This document shows, in pieces, positions 25,811-39,130 of a stretch of DNA of 64,000 bases; positions within the stretch are counted from its first letter, which is position 1, and the number at the start of each line of letters is the position of its first letter. A program made the translations under genes and the position numbers. Origin of the DNA: Ylistrum balloti (Eukaryota); assembly GCF_031769215.1 (NCBI RefSeq), contig NW_026781896.1, positions 1,736,001 to 1,800,000 of the forward strand. Reading direction: 5' to 3'. The notes under the pieces are model-generated. The model saw only the letters and a program-made list of their open reading frames with translations. It was not told where the DNA came from and did no database searches.

Positions 25811-28159
25811 ATTAATTAATCTCATTAACAACAGGGGGTTTAAGATGAGTGCAATAGGTAAAGCAAATGATATCAACGGTCAACTGAAGACTTTAGACAA
25901 TGCATAGTTACTGCAGCTCTTAAACTGATATAGCAAGAAAAGATAAAATATAACATAATACACAAAAAATTGCTAATTAATATACAACACACTATAAATT
26001 ATGCATGAGACCAAAACTGTGGTGATCTATAAGAAAGCGACATTTGTGTCTGTAATTACATTCAATTTAACATCATTAAAAATAATAAATATAACTAAGT
26101 ATATACATGTAGATAAACGCTGTCAATGACAGATTCTCTGGTGTCAGTAGATAGAATCAAACTTAATATCAATACAGGTTACAAAGCATTGCTGTGTTAG
26201 TGATTGAGCACCAAACATTGGCTTTATATCATCGTGACTAGATAGTACATCATCTTAATTTGAAAAGATTCAACAATGAGGACATAGTGATATCTCTTTT
26301 ATACATGTGTTCAGAAAAAAAAAAAAAAAAAAAGATTTGAATATTTTTTGATGGAAACACTTCATCATTAGATAAACATATTCACTTTAATGTTTATCAT
26401 GACAAATGAGTACTTGTTATACAGGAGGAATAATTAACATGCATAGCAGATGTAGATGTCATTTTGTAAATGTCAGTTTGAGGGCAAATACTGATAATCA
26501 ATTACAGACGATGTTTGATTTTACACCCAACAGAATTTGCACAATATTCCAAAACCTCTATGGTAGATGTTTGGCAGATTATCCGTCTGAAAACGCATAA
26601 AAAAATGTTTCATATTTACTTTTGTATGACTCAGTTCAGGTACAGGTAACAGGTACTCTGATAACTCCAGAGAAACCTTTGATAAAAGAATGATTGGAAA
26701 ACATTTTAAATTTATGTTATCATCATTGCAATATACATATCAAAAATGTGATAGAATAAGGAATTTCTTTTGGGTCAATTCTCAGGTACGCATATACAGC
26801 TGGTAGCTTGTTCCTGAAAATTCCTTCATAGAAATAGACAAAAATCACTGTAAACCATCAGCAACGGATGTAAATACAACGCTGGTGTGACATCTCGTCA
26901 TATAAGACTATTTTGCTCTGTTAAATCATCCAAGAGACCCACCCCTGACTGGAACTGATTAAAGAATTTTACATACATGGCCAAAAAAGCAATCAATATT
27001 TTTGAGTAGAAATTTTGTTATGATTACACAACTGGATATGACCTAATCACATATGGACGATCCAGACAGGGCGACATAAATCTGCCACCAAGTCATTGTC
27101 TATCACAAAAAGAGCAGTCATCAATGCCTTCACAAGCATGCAGGTTTCCAATCAAGATACGGCTTCACATTACCGTTCTGAGAAATCCGTGAGTGAATTA
27201 TCAGTATCACCCCTACAGAAGTCTTATCCAATCAACAGAAAATGTCTGTGTATTCCCGCGAGTTGTACAGCCTCTTTATTTCCGATTTCTATTGGGAGAA
27301 ATAGATCCTCAGGGACATGCTGATTGCAGTGAAACGATTCAAATTCCGATATCTGCATGGCTATGGCATGGCAAAACAGATGATAACTAAGGCGTTTTTT
27401 TTCCCTTTAAATCGAAGGAATAATTAATGAAATCCACACTATGTATAGGAATGCTAGAGTGTATTTGTAACATTCTTCTTCCTAAAGTACAGGATGACAG
27501 TGCTACAGTTACACTTTAGATTAAGTTACCAAAATGTTTGTGAGAATTGGCGACACTTTTTTGTCATATCTGGCTGACTTAGATTGATAATACGCCTGTT
27601 TTCCTAGAAAAGCTGTGTCTTGTTGCTGCGGGTGTAAAGGTGTTGTTACAGAGATATTTTTCCAGCACTGATTAATGCCTTTACACAATCATCTCTGACA
27701 CTAACACACAACATATAGTGGTCACTGCTAAAATGATGTTAATAAATCAAAGTTCTTAAACGGGTAATCTGTAGTAAAGTATTTCTATACTTATAACAGT
27801 AACAAACTTCCAAAAAAAAAAAAAAAAAAAATTAAAATACAGAAATCAAATTTTTAAAAAATTCTTTCATTTGAAGGAAGAAAATTAATTGCCTGATCAA
27901 ACTTCCTGTCAATAATTACAATTACTGTCAGGTCAATTTCAAAAACAAATTTTGAAACAAAAACCTTGCATCTTTAAGAATAAAGAATATGGTGCCAATG
28001 GTTTGAAAGCAAGATGAATTGAAAATTAAAATGTCTGTGTCAATTATCACTGATGAAAGTGAGGAGATGAGTTCTGATGAGTCACCACTACCTTAGTAAC
28101 CTTTGATTAGCCAGGATCACAAAGACAAAAGTCAAATTTCAAACTTAATAACCTTTGAC

Positions 28160-28360
28160 CATTACAACTCAAGATTTGACTGGAACAACATCTGGAAGGT
28201 ATCACAGAGACACAAGTCAAATTTTGATCCCGACAACCTCTGGTTGTTGTTACAGAGACACAAGTCAAATTTTGATCCTGACAATGTCTGGTTGTTGTTA
28301 CAGAGGCACAAGTCAAATTCTGACCCTCACAACCTTCTGCTGACATCACAGAGACATAAC
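28160..28360. repeat. 48-bp tandem repeat x~3.5
   Basis: CAGAG(A/G)CA recurs at 28205, 28253, 28301 and 28349. Confidence 0.9.
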
Positions 28361-31300
28361 TCACAAGGAGTATAAACATATCGCAATCCAATTCCCACAG
28401 CTGATCGACAAATGGAAGCTACAAGAAGCCACTCCTAGTAAATACATATAAACAGCCAGTCAGACAAGGTCTTCTGGACACATCATCTCCTTATGTATGA
28501 CATTTAGTATACCCTTCTGTCTTTGGCAATAGAATGAAAAAAAACACAGTAAGATATTGTCAGGATGGATCTGCCCTGCAACTAGGGTTCAGATACTGTA
28601 TGCATGTCCTCGGAGTCATGGAAGTGCCGTTTTAAGATTAAATACAGCATCTGAAAACACTTCAATTACTCTAGCAATGACATTTGAGAAAATCATTACA
28701 CAATAATATATCTCAGAATGTGTATTTTGATATGTTTTTGTTGAACGTATAAATGGCCTGATAAGACATTGAACATATATATCAGTAACCTGATAATCCT
28801 GTCAAAATGTAATCATTCTGACACAAGACAGATCTTTGTCAATGACTACCTTAACAAGTCTCAATAGGAAAAAAACATATCTAGAGTAAATGGAAATAAA
28901 ACATCAAAGGCCAATTCTAAACCATTCCAAGAATGTTTTTTATTACCAGTATCAAAGAATGTTTTTTAATTAACTTTGTAGGATGTCAGGAAAGCCTTTT
29001 AAATCTAATGAAATTATATTCCCCTGAGAAGAGAGGTCCAAGACGCCTCTTCAGTACCAAGCGAATATCGTTGAGACATAGGACATGCTGGTGACATTTC
29101 TCTGTGCCACTGTTGTGTTATACTGCGAGCCAATATTGGATTGCCATTGGCACGGGATATTGACATATCACATTAAACAAGGCAGATATAGAAAGTCATG
29201 TAGCTAATATCCAACATTGGATGTTTCAGTTCTCATAAATTGTAATTTCACTATTGACTTGCAGGTCAACACATGCCAGTTAAAGTATGTAATTGACCAA
29301 TGAGAATTAGCATGGATCTGTAATCCTGTGGTCAGTGTAAGTAGGTATCATAAGTAATTAAAATGGAAAACAAACTTTATTTAGTTTAAAGTTGAAAATA
29401 ATCCACTAAAACCTCCTTTAGAAACCAGCTATAAAAATATTTCTAACATCTCTTATATGTGTACTAACTGTGAACATACAGTGGCACAAAATACCAGTTT
29501 ATGAAAAAAAAAAACCCAAAACACCTGATAGTTAATTGTCAAATGACACAAATAGGGAGAGTAAAAATCTCATTTTTGTCTGCGTTTTGATAATATTTTA
29601 AGTGCTTATGAGCATTTGTACTCATCATCATTTGTACCATAATTAAATCAGAACTTTGCTCTAAACGGATATTCTCAATTTAAATCCTAGTTTTTTATAT
29701 AAAGAATTTGATAATAAAGCGGACTAGGAATACCAGTATGAAATGTGTGTTATAATTAAATTAAATCAGTGATGACATATTATTACTCTGCCCAGTTACA
29801 AGCTAACAAGATTTCTGTGTTAATGGTCTGATAAAAGTGTGATGATGACAGCAGGGAAACGACACAGAACACAGCTAGTATTCTTTACCACTGAAACAGA
29901 TCAGGCAGAGCATAACTCAGTATGTCAGGCTCCAACAAATCCAATTCTACAGAGAAATGAAAAAGAAGGAAAACCATATCTTGTCACAAACGCTCAATTG
30001 ACCAATCCCAAAGGATACTTGCTATCCTGCTCGGCTAGCTTAACTTGCTACTAAGTGAAATTTTAAAATGGGGAATTTTCCTGACTTATCAAAATAAATC
30101 TATGAATCTATTTGCTAGTAGAAATTATATGGAAGTTATCATAAATGTGCAAAACTCTAATATTATTCATTGCAATTTAGAACCAATTTCATTTGAAAAC
30201 TTGACATAATCTGATTTTCTGGCACTCTAAGCTTGCTCCCTTCCCCAGAGATGGAATTAACTATGAAGAAGAGAGTATCATCTAGCTTATAACTTCATGG
30301 AGAGCAAGCAAGTGTGATTTCACTGAATACTCAACATAATGAAATTAAGGCAAAGGAGGCGGTTATTGTGGAGAAGTTTCAAGCATGTGGGTGATACGGA
30401 TCTGAATCTGTCAGTCCATGTGCAATTATGAGTTCCACATGTGCAATACATTTGCGGAGAATTATTCTGCATGCACGCTGTGGCCGTACTTCCTGGCTGC
30501 TTTGACAAAACATGTAACGTTCCAACAGAGGATCTTTTTTATTTTGTCAAGATAAAAAAAAATCTATATAGCAAATAATTTAAAGACAATAAACTGAGTA
30601 AATGTTGTAATGATTCACCTACAAAATAGAGAAAAAAAAATAAAAGAAAAAAATCTCTGCATCTTTATCTTAATTTTATATTATCAAAGAGAAATCAGAG
30701 AGATGTTTTTGGTGTTTGTTCTCATGATAGGACTTTCTGACACTGGCTGAGTCAACATCTTAATGGAACCTATGAAGAAACTGATATTTGTAAAAGCCTG
30801 TGTGTTTCACCTTCTTTTATGTTGATAAGTTGAGCTTACAGTCCAATAGTAAAGGGTGCAGGTATACCAAATAACCATGGCAATGACTCAAATCTTTACC
30901 ACTGTGTCTAGTCTAACTACTTCTGGCTTTCTTGAAACGGACAAAATATTTAAATAATAAACATAAAAGAGACTTTTCAATTAAAATTTTATCACACAAA
31001 CAGAGCACAATTCCGTTTTCCAATCCTGATAGCTATTAACCCTCCTTATCTACCATTTAAAGTGGTTTAAAAAACCCATATCTTTCAAAAATAATTCAAA
31101 GATGAAAAACACTATCATTACTTATTTCATAAAAAAAAAAATGAAATTATTTTTTAAAATACAAATGGGCACTCATCAAAAACCACAAGTAGCTGTATGC
31201 CAAATTAACTTTCAAACCCTACAACTTTCCTAATGAGATAAAGTAAATATATGTATTGCCTTCAACAGTTTGTGATTCTGGGGTCTGATACAAGCTTTAA

Positions 31301-33309
31301 TAGGTTTCAGGCGAGTGTTTCACATCTTTATTTTAATGAAGCCTGGTTAGTTTTTTTTTATACCTGGTATTTTATTTTACTTTTGTTGGGAAATCAATTA
31401 AAATATTTAATTGTGGAAACAGGTCCAGAACACATTAAACTGAATGAATAATGAAATTCATTTTTCAACAAGAATGTACCATTATCTTACCTTCACCATT
31501 TCTAAATTTTTGTTACTTTGTTCATCAAAAAGTTCACCATGAGGAAAATGATAGAAACACAAACTGGATATCTTGTGATATAAATATATTTATAAAAACT
31601 AACTAATATCTCATTTTTGGAATTATTGAGTTTAAGCTACCAAAGGCTTGTACTTCTAGGTTGTGAAGAAGATTGACAAGATAATATGACTGTGGAAGGC
31701 AAAACCAAGACCTTCAGAAAATTGTGTATCTTCCCTCAGTCTGCTTGTATTATCACTTAGTTAAACTACCTCACTTTAGTGACAAATGTCTTCTTAAACA
31801 AACTGTGAAACAAAGATGCCATGCCCAGAACCATCACAAAAACAACCTAACAATGAAAATCTTAAAAAGAGATGTGAAGTTCATTATAGTGGCTTAATCA
31901 GGCTTCATCTTCAGAGGTTTGATACTAGAAACAAATGTCTGGAATGGAGTTTCAGAGATACAGAATACAGATCATTTGTGAGGATCTCTCCAAAATAATG
32001 GACTTCAGTGACACCCTGTATGTGATTAAACTTTCCTTTTTAACATGGATCTATTGACATGTTCTGACTATATCATAATGTTCATATAAATATAATGAAT
32101 ATACATACTGTGTTAATTCTCCATACTATATTGCACCAAAATCATATTTTAACATAGTCAGTGATGAAATGCAGTTAATGAATGCAGTGTTCTAAATCCT
32201 TGCACAGCTGATATTGAAATACAAATTATAATTATGCAGATTAAAAAAAAAAAACAACAAAACATAGCAAAACAATAAAAATATCAATAAATAGAATATT
32301 ATGCAAAAAAATCTCTTGCTATCACCCAAGTACAGGTATGTGTTTGGACAGAAGTAAAGCAGATGGGGATATGGTGAGAATTTATAAGGCATCGTCATAA
32401 AACTCATATGTATTTATAGGAAAACATATCAAGTTCAAATTCTGTAGAACACGGACAGATGGCATGGTTACATGACCGTTATAAATCTAAACGTGTAAAA
32501 ATCTCAAGTAGAAAGAGAACAGGAGAAAAGCAGTTTACTTGTCATGGTGACGAATAGAATGGAAAGGCTTGATTAATTTCAACAAACATTCTGTCACTTT
32601 TTTGTCTTCTTTAAATGAAGGATTTTCACATGTGAATTTGATTCTGCAGTAGCATTCAATTGAAGCCTTTAACATCGAGTCAGTCTTTCTAAGAGAGGGT
32701 GGGACCTCTGACTTTGTGCGAGGATGCCATTACCACGGTGTGAGGTTTGGCAGGAAAATATTTCACAATCATCGATTGTTGCAGCAGACTGACGTTAGCA
32801 TGTGTATTGATAATTTTTCAGTTCCCTGGGCCTGCCCCTTTGTTACACAAACAGCCGCTAGATTTGAATTCCGGTGGCAAGTCTTCGTGTTGGGCAGCAT
32901 TTCCGAGATGAAGACACAAAGCTGTTGGTAGCGCTTGTCACAATCAACTCCCTGTGATGTCTCCTCCTTCGGTCACATGCCCCGGCATTTGAATATTAGT
33001 GGCGTGTCTGTTTGTGCTTTGTGGCATATACCACAGTTAGCAACATCAATAGAAACAGCAAGCTAATGAAAGTAAGACTTGATGTCCAAGGAAAAAAGGC
33101 TAGCTACATGCATGGCCAATCACCTGACAATATCCTGGACGGTGGTAGTGAGAAAATCTTGAATCTGATAGCAAAACTTAACAGAGTTAATCTGAATCAA
33201 AGGTCTTAGGTCTGCACTGAAAAGCACTGGATTTGTGGTTAAACGTGTGCAAAAAACCAATGTTGGAAATAGTTAAATAAAAATCTGCACTGATAAATAC
33301 AGTCGACAC

Positions 33310-33419
33310 CATTTTCTAGGTCATAGGTCAGCACTGCTGTCTGGAGAGGGATGTTGGACACGAACATTTTCTAGGTCATAGGTCAGCACTGCTGTCTTGA
33401 GAGGGATGTTGGACACGGA
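33310..33419. repeat. 55-bp tandem duplication spanning the PLEKHH stop codon
   Basis: CATTTTCTAGGTCATAGGTCAGCACTGCTGTCT(G/T)GAGAGGGATGTTGGACACG occurs at 33310 and 33365. Confidence 0.95.
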
Positions 33420-33459
33420 CATTTATGTAACTGGCCACCAAGAGAGTTGCTTCCAACAC
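33376..33459 (-). CDS. PLEKHH1/2: Terminal coding exon of the PLEKHH-family gene
   Basis: Minus-strand acceptor CTTTTGTCTTTGACAG, then VLEATLLVASYINVRVQHPSQDSSADL and TGA (84 nt). It is in phase with the 38978-39130 exon. 'EATxxxASYxN' follows the EKLxFxM motif in PLEKHH1/2. Confidence 0.85.
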   Translation of the reverse strand: MLEATLLVASYINVRVQHPSQDSSADL

Positions 33460-33544
33460 CTGTCAAAGACAAAAGTTCATATATCAACAAAATATATCTA
33501 GGTACAAAGGTAACAATTGATAAACCTCCGTCAGAGATCATTTA

Positions 33545-33820
33545 AAATACCACATAAATCTTTTTATAAAAGATCACTGACAAATACAGTTATTAACAAA
33601 AAAGATCATATTCATCACCTGTATAAAAGATCACATCTGTATAAATGATAATTTGTGTCGCTTGTAAAAAAGATTGTATGCATCATCTGTAGAGAAGATC
33701 ATATGAAATAGCTGTAAAAAATGAATCACATGCACCACCTGTATAAAAGATCGCATGCATTACCTGTAGAGAAGATCATATGAAATAGCTGTATAAAAGA
33801 TCACATCTGTCACCTGTATA
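33545..33820. repeat. Degenerate ~24-bp repeat (CTGTATAAAAGATCACAT...)
   Basis: AAAAGATCA/GAAGATCA recurs about 10 times, and AGAGAAGATCATATGAAATAGCTGTA occurs twice. Confidence 0.7.
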
Positions 33821-33825
33821 TAACA

Positions 33826-33990
33826 AAGGCCAAAAAGTAAGTCACAATGACCTACTTTTGATATGTGACCCTCTGTCTGGCCAAGGTGAACCAATATCCC
33901 AAGTATTAAGCTCCAGTGTTTAGTTGTGAGAATGATAGGGCCCTGACAAGACAACAGAAGGATAGATGGACACAACACCAAATCATATTC
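33826..33990. mobile_element. Relic of a mollusc-type non-autonomous element (MITE/Helentron-like)
   Basis: TAACAAAGG...GTCACAATGACCTACTTTT...CCCAAGTATTAAG...GACAAGACAACAGAAGGATAGATGGACA has the style of common bivalve interspersed repeats. Not verified by search. Confidence 0.4.
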
Positions 33991-34062
33991 TACTTTAGAT
34001 TCTGATAGGGTGATTCTGAAGTACAGATGTGACAGATTGAGTTGTTAGCAGCTGAAGATCTT

Positions 34063-36604
34063 ATGTTCCTTCCTTGTCTAGCCAGTAGGTAGACAGTAAA
34101 TCAGTATGTGTTCCTGCCTTGTCTAGACAGTAGGTAGACAGTAAATCAGTATGTGTTCCTGCCTTGTCTAGACAGTAGGTAGACAGTAAATCAGTGTGTG
34201 TTCCTGCCTTGTCTAGTCAGTAGGTAGACAGTAAGTCGGTTTGTGTTCCTGCCTTGTCTAGTCAGTAGGTAGACAGTAAGTCGGTTTGTGTTCCTGCCTT
34301 GTCTAGTCAGTAGGTAGACAGTAAGTCAGTTTGTGTTCCTGCCTTGTCTAGTCAGTAGGTAGACAGTAAATCAGTGTGTGTTCCTGCCTTGTCTAGTCAG
34401 TAGGTAGACAGTAAGTCAGTTTGTGTTCCTGCCTTGTCTAAACAGTAGGTAGACAGTAAATCAGTATGTGTTCCTGCCTTGTCTAAACAGTAGGTAGACA
34501 GTAAATCAGTATGTGTTCCTGTCTTGTCTAATCAGTAGGTAGACAGTAAATCAGTATGTGTTCCTGTCTTGTCTAGACAGTAGGTAGACAGTAAATCAGT
34601 ATGTGTTCCTGCCTTGTCTAGTCAGTAGGTAGACAGTAAGTCAGTTTGTGTTCCTGCCTTGTCTAAACAGTAGGTAGACAGTAAATCAGTATGTGTTCCT
34701 GCCTTGTCTAGCCAGTAGGTAGACAGTAAATCAGTATGTGTTCCTACCTTGTCTTGACGGTAGGTAGACAGTAAATCAGTATGTGTTCCTGCCTTGTCTA
34801 GTCAGTAGGTAGACAGTTAATTAGTATGTGTTCCTTCCTTGTCTAGTCAGTAGGTAGACAGTAAATCAGTATGTGTTCCTGCCTTGTCTTGACGGTAGGT
34901 AGACAGTAAATCAGTATTGTTCCTGTCTTTTCCAGCCAGTAGGTAGACAGTAATTCAGTATGTGTTCCTGCCTTGTCCAGACAGTAGGTAGACAGTAAAT
35001 CAGTATGTGTTCCTGCCTTGTCTAGTCAGTAGGTAGACAGTAAATCAGTATGTGCTCCTTCCTTGTCTAGTCAGTAAATCAGTGTGTGTTCCTGCCTTGT
35101 CTAGTCAGTAGGTAGACAGTAATTCAGTATGTGTTCCTGCCTTGTCTAGACAATAAGTCAGTGTGTGTTCCTGCCTTGTCTAGTCAGTAGGTAGAAAGTG
35201 AGTCAGTGTGTGTTCCTGCCTTGTCTAGTCAGTAGGTAGACAGTTAATTAGTATGTGTTCCTGCCTTGTCTAGACAGTAGGTAGACAGTAAATCAGTGTG
35301 TGTTCCTGCCTTGTCTAGTCAGTAGGTAGACAGTAAATCAGTGTGTGTTCCTGCCTTGTCTAGTCAGTAGGTAGACAATAAATCAGTGTGTGTTCATGCC
35401 TTGTCTAGACAGTAGGTAGACAGTTAATTAGTATGTGTTCCTTCCTTGTCTAGACAGTAGGTAGACAGTTAATTAGTATGTGTTCCTTCCTTGTCTAGAC
35501 AGTAGGTAGACAGTTAATTAGTATGTGTTCCTTCCTTGTCTAGACAGTAGGTAGACAGTTAATTAGTATGTGTTCCTTCCTTGTCTAGACAGTAGGTAGA
35601 CAGTTAATTAGTATGTGTTCCTTCCTTGTCTAGACAGTAGGTAGACAGTTAATTAGTATGTGTTCCTTCCTTGTCTAGACAGTAGGTAGACAGTTAATTA
35701 GTATGTGTTCCTTCCTTGTCTAGACAGTAGGTAGACAGTTAATTAGTATGTGTTCCTTCCTTGTCTAGACAGTAGGTAGACAGTTAATTAGTATGTGTTC
35801 CTTCCTTGTCTAGACAGTAGGTAGACAGATAATTAGTATGTGTTCCTTCCTTGTCTAGACAGTAGGTAGACAGATAATTAGTATGTGTTCCTTCCTTGTC
35901 TAGACAGTAGGTAGACAGTTAATTAGTATGTGTTCCTTCCTTGTCTAGACAGTAGGTAGACAGTTAATTAGTATGTGTTCCTTCCTTGTCTAGACAGTAG
36001 GTAGACAGATAATTAGTATGTGTTCCTTCCTTGTCTAGACAGTAGGTAGACAGTTAATTAGTATGTGTTCCTTCCTTGTCTAGACAGTAGGTAGACAGTT
36101 AATTAGTATGTGTTCCTTCCTTGTCTAGACAGTAGGTAGACAGTTAATTAGTATGTGTTCCTTCCTTGTCTAGACAGTAGGTAGACAGTTAATTAGTATG
36201 TGTTCCTTCCTTGTCTAGACAGTAGGTAGACAGTTAATTAGTATGTGTTCCTTCCTTGTCTAGACAGTAGGTAGACAGTTAATTAGTATGTGTTCCTTCC
36301 TTGTCTAGACAGTAGGTAGACAGTTAATTAGTATGTGTTCCTTCCTTGTCTAGACAGTAGGTAGACAGTTAATTAGTATGTGTTCCTTCCTTGTCTAGAC
36401 AGTAGGTAGACACAGTTAATTAGTATGTGTTCCTTCCTTGTCTAGACAGTAGGTAGACAGTTAATTAGTATGTGTTCCTTCCTTGTCTAGACAGTAGGTA
36501 GACAGTTAATTAGTATGTGTTCCTTCCTTGTCTAGACAGTAGGTAGACAGTTAATTAGTATGTGTTCCTTCCTTGTCTAGACAGTAGGTAGACAGTTAAT
36601 TAGT
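34063..36604. repeat. 45-bp minisatellite x~56 (ATGTGTTCCTKCCTTGTCTAGACAGTAGGTAGACAGTWAATYAGT)
   Basis: Directly visible 45-bp period over 2.5 kb. Confidence 0.98.
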
Positions 36605-37062
36605 ACACACCTGGTGTAAAGTTATTACCTCTTTTACACAAGTTGCCATGCTTCTGTAACAACTTCCTTTGAAATAGGATGACCTTTGTTTTCTCTCCTC
36701 TTAATATAATGATATTTATGCCCTGGTGTGTTATCTATAAAACTTATTTAGAATGACTCAGTATCCGTTGTTAGTGTTTTGATTTGTCTACACAAGAAAA
36801 GGTCTGACAGGACATGGAATGATGAATATAGATTACCTCATGTCATTAACAGTTCACAAAAACAGGAAACATATCTGGTAAACATCCTTATCACATTTTA
36901 ATAAACTTTCAAAATAAAGTAAAACACCTTCATTGACATTTACAATCTCGTACAAATACACATTTAATGTGTAACAATGTGCTATTATCACTAGTCTACA
37001 GATAACAGGTAACATACTACTAAACATATGTTGAGCACTCACTGACACAGGTAAAGTATCAG

Positions 37063-38379
37063 TCCCTGTAGGGTATAAGTATTGTGAAGGATTTATCCCT
37101 GTGGGGTATAAGTACTGTGAAGGATTGATCCCTGTGGGTTATTAGTACTGTGAAGGATTGATCCCTGTGGGTTATAAGTACTGTGAAGGATTGATCCTTG
37201 TGGGTTATTAGTACTGTGAAGGATTGATCCCTGTGGGTTACTGGTACTGTGAAGGATTAATCTCTGTGGGTTATTGGTACTGTAAGGAATTGATCCCTGT
37301 GGGTTATTAGTACTGTGAAGAATTGATCCCTGTGGGTTATCGGTACTGTGAGGAATTGATCCCTGTGGGTTATAGGTACTGTGAAGGATTGATCCCTGTG
37401 GGTTATTGGTAATGTGAAGGATTGATCCCTGTACATTATTAGTACTGTGAAGGATTGATCCCTGTGGGTTATAAGTACTGTGAAGGATTGATCCCTGTAC
37501 GTTATTAGTACTGTGAAGGATTGATCCCTGTGGGTTATTGGTAATGTGAAGGATTGATCCCTGTACATTATTAGTACTGTGAAGGATTGATCCCTGTAGG
37601 GTAGAAGTATTGTGAAGATTAATCCCTGTGGGTTATTAGTACTGTGAAGGATTGATCCCTGTAGGTTATAAGTACTGTGAAGGATTGATCCCTGTACATT
37701 ATTAGTACTGTGAAGGATTGATCCTTGTGGGTTATTGGTACTGTGAAGGATTGATCCCTGTACGTTATTAGTATTTTAATGGATTGATCCCTGTACGTTA
37801 TTAGTACTGTGAAGGATTGATCCCTGTGGGTTTTAAGTACTGTGAAGGATTGATCCCTGTAGGGTATAAGTACTGTGAAGGATTGATCCCTGTGGGTTAT
37901 AAGTACTGTGAAGGATTGATCCCTGTACGTTATTAGTACTGTGAAGGATTGATCCTTGTGGGTTATTGGTACTGTGAAGGATTGATCCCTGTGGGTTATT
38001 GGTAATGTGAAGGATTGATCCCTGTACATTATTAGTACTGTGAAGGATTGATCCCTGTAGGGTAGAAGTATTGTGAAGATTAATCCCTGTGGGTTATTAG
38101 TACTGTGAAGGATTGATCCCTGTAGGTTATAAGTACTGTGAAGGATTGATCCCTGTAGGTTATAAGTACTGTGAAGGATTGATCCCTGTAGGTTATAAGT
38201 ACTGTGAAGGATTGATCCCTGTACATTATTAGTACTGTGAAGGATTGATCCCTGTGGGTTTTAAGTACTGTGAAGGATTGATCCCTGTAGGTTATAAGTA
38301 CTGTGAAGGATTGATCCCTGTACGTTATTAGTACTGTGAAGGATTGATCCCTGTGGGTTATTGGTAATGTGAAGGATTG
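37063..38379. repeat. 33-bp minisatellite x~40 (AGTACTGTGAAGGATTGATCCCTGTGGGTTATT)
   Basis: Directly visible; explains the 11-aa periodic ORFs at 37257 and 37619. Confidence 0.98.
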
Positions 38380-38977
38380 AAATGTTCAAAATGATTTTAT
38401 AAATCTCACTATGTTTTATCTAAAATATTTTTGCCCTTGAAAAATTTGACAATTCACTTGTCCATATTGTCATCATTACTTTATTAATCCTATATTTCTA
38501 TTAACAAATTACAATTTAAAAGATTCTTGGGTAAGTTTGACAAGAAGCCAACTGGACGCCTATGACATTCATTTACAGCTTCTACCTGTTCTCAAATTCA
38601 AGAATTTCCTTTACGAATTAGTATCCGAATAATTAATTTATTTTAATATCATCTAATTTCTCTAATTTCTTTTTAATTCAATAATGAAACATTCACTTTT
38701 TACCTAAAACATCCAATTAAACAATCAACTTGTAAGCCAAAAGTTAAATGATAAGCTCTTTCTCTCCTACATAAAAACAAACAGAAAAAATAATGCACAA
38801 TTAATGAACAACCCATGTTATAGCAAACAAGGTGTACAGTAAGTTTTACCAGCCTAATATTAAACATTAACTGGCACAGTATCTATTACTGTTATCTTAA
38901 CAGAAAATTAGAAAGAATTGTTGTTACTGGTGTGATAAATGAGAAAAGACTGTTGATTTAAGGGAGGTTATACCTAC

Positions 38978-39130
38978 CTTGTGTTTTGGCATGGAGAATA
39001 ATAGTTTCTCTGTGCGGTGTTCGTAATGGTGCGGTGCAGACTCTATGAGTTGAGTGACCACCAGCATGAAGTCGTCTTTCCAGCCTCCAAAGGTTATCAC
39101 AGACCGGAAGTCATAGGAACTGATGGGTTG
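38978..39130 (-). CDS. PLEKHH1/2: Penultimate coding exon of a PLEKHH1/PLEKHH2-family MyTH4-FERM protein (FERM C-lobe)
   Basis: Minus strand shows acceptor TTTCTTTCTTTGTTTCTATAG, then a 153-nt open phase-0 exon, then donor GTAGGT. Translation: QPISSYDFRSVITFGGWKDDFMLVVTQLIESAPHHYEHRTEKLLFSMPKHK. It matches my recollection of the PLEKHH motifs 'SVxTFGGxxDDFMLV' and 'EKLxFxM'; no database search was run. Confidence 0.9.

Larger units (their letters stand above)
33460..38977 (-). other. Last intron of the PLEKHH-family gene (5.5 kb, GT-AG), mostly filled by two minisatellite arrays
   Basis: Bounded by the donor at 38977 and the acceptor at 33460 of the two exons above. Confidence 0.8.

Noticed and set aside
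33376-33378. Programmed stop-codon readthrough into the duplicated segment
   Set aside because: The context is TGA-CCTAG, not the UGA-CUAG readthrough motif, and the second copy is out of frame.
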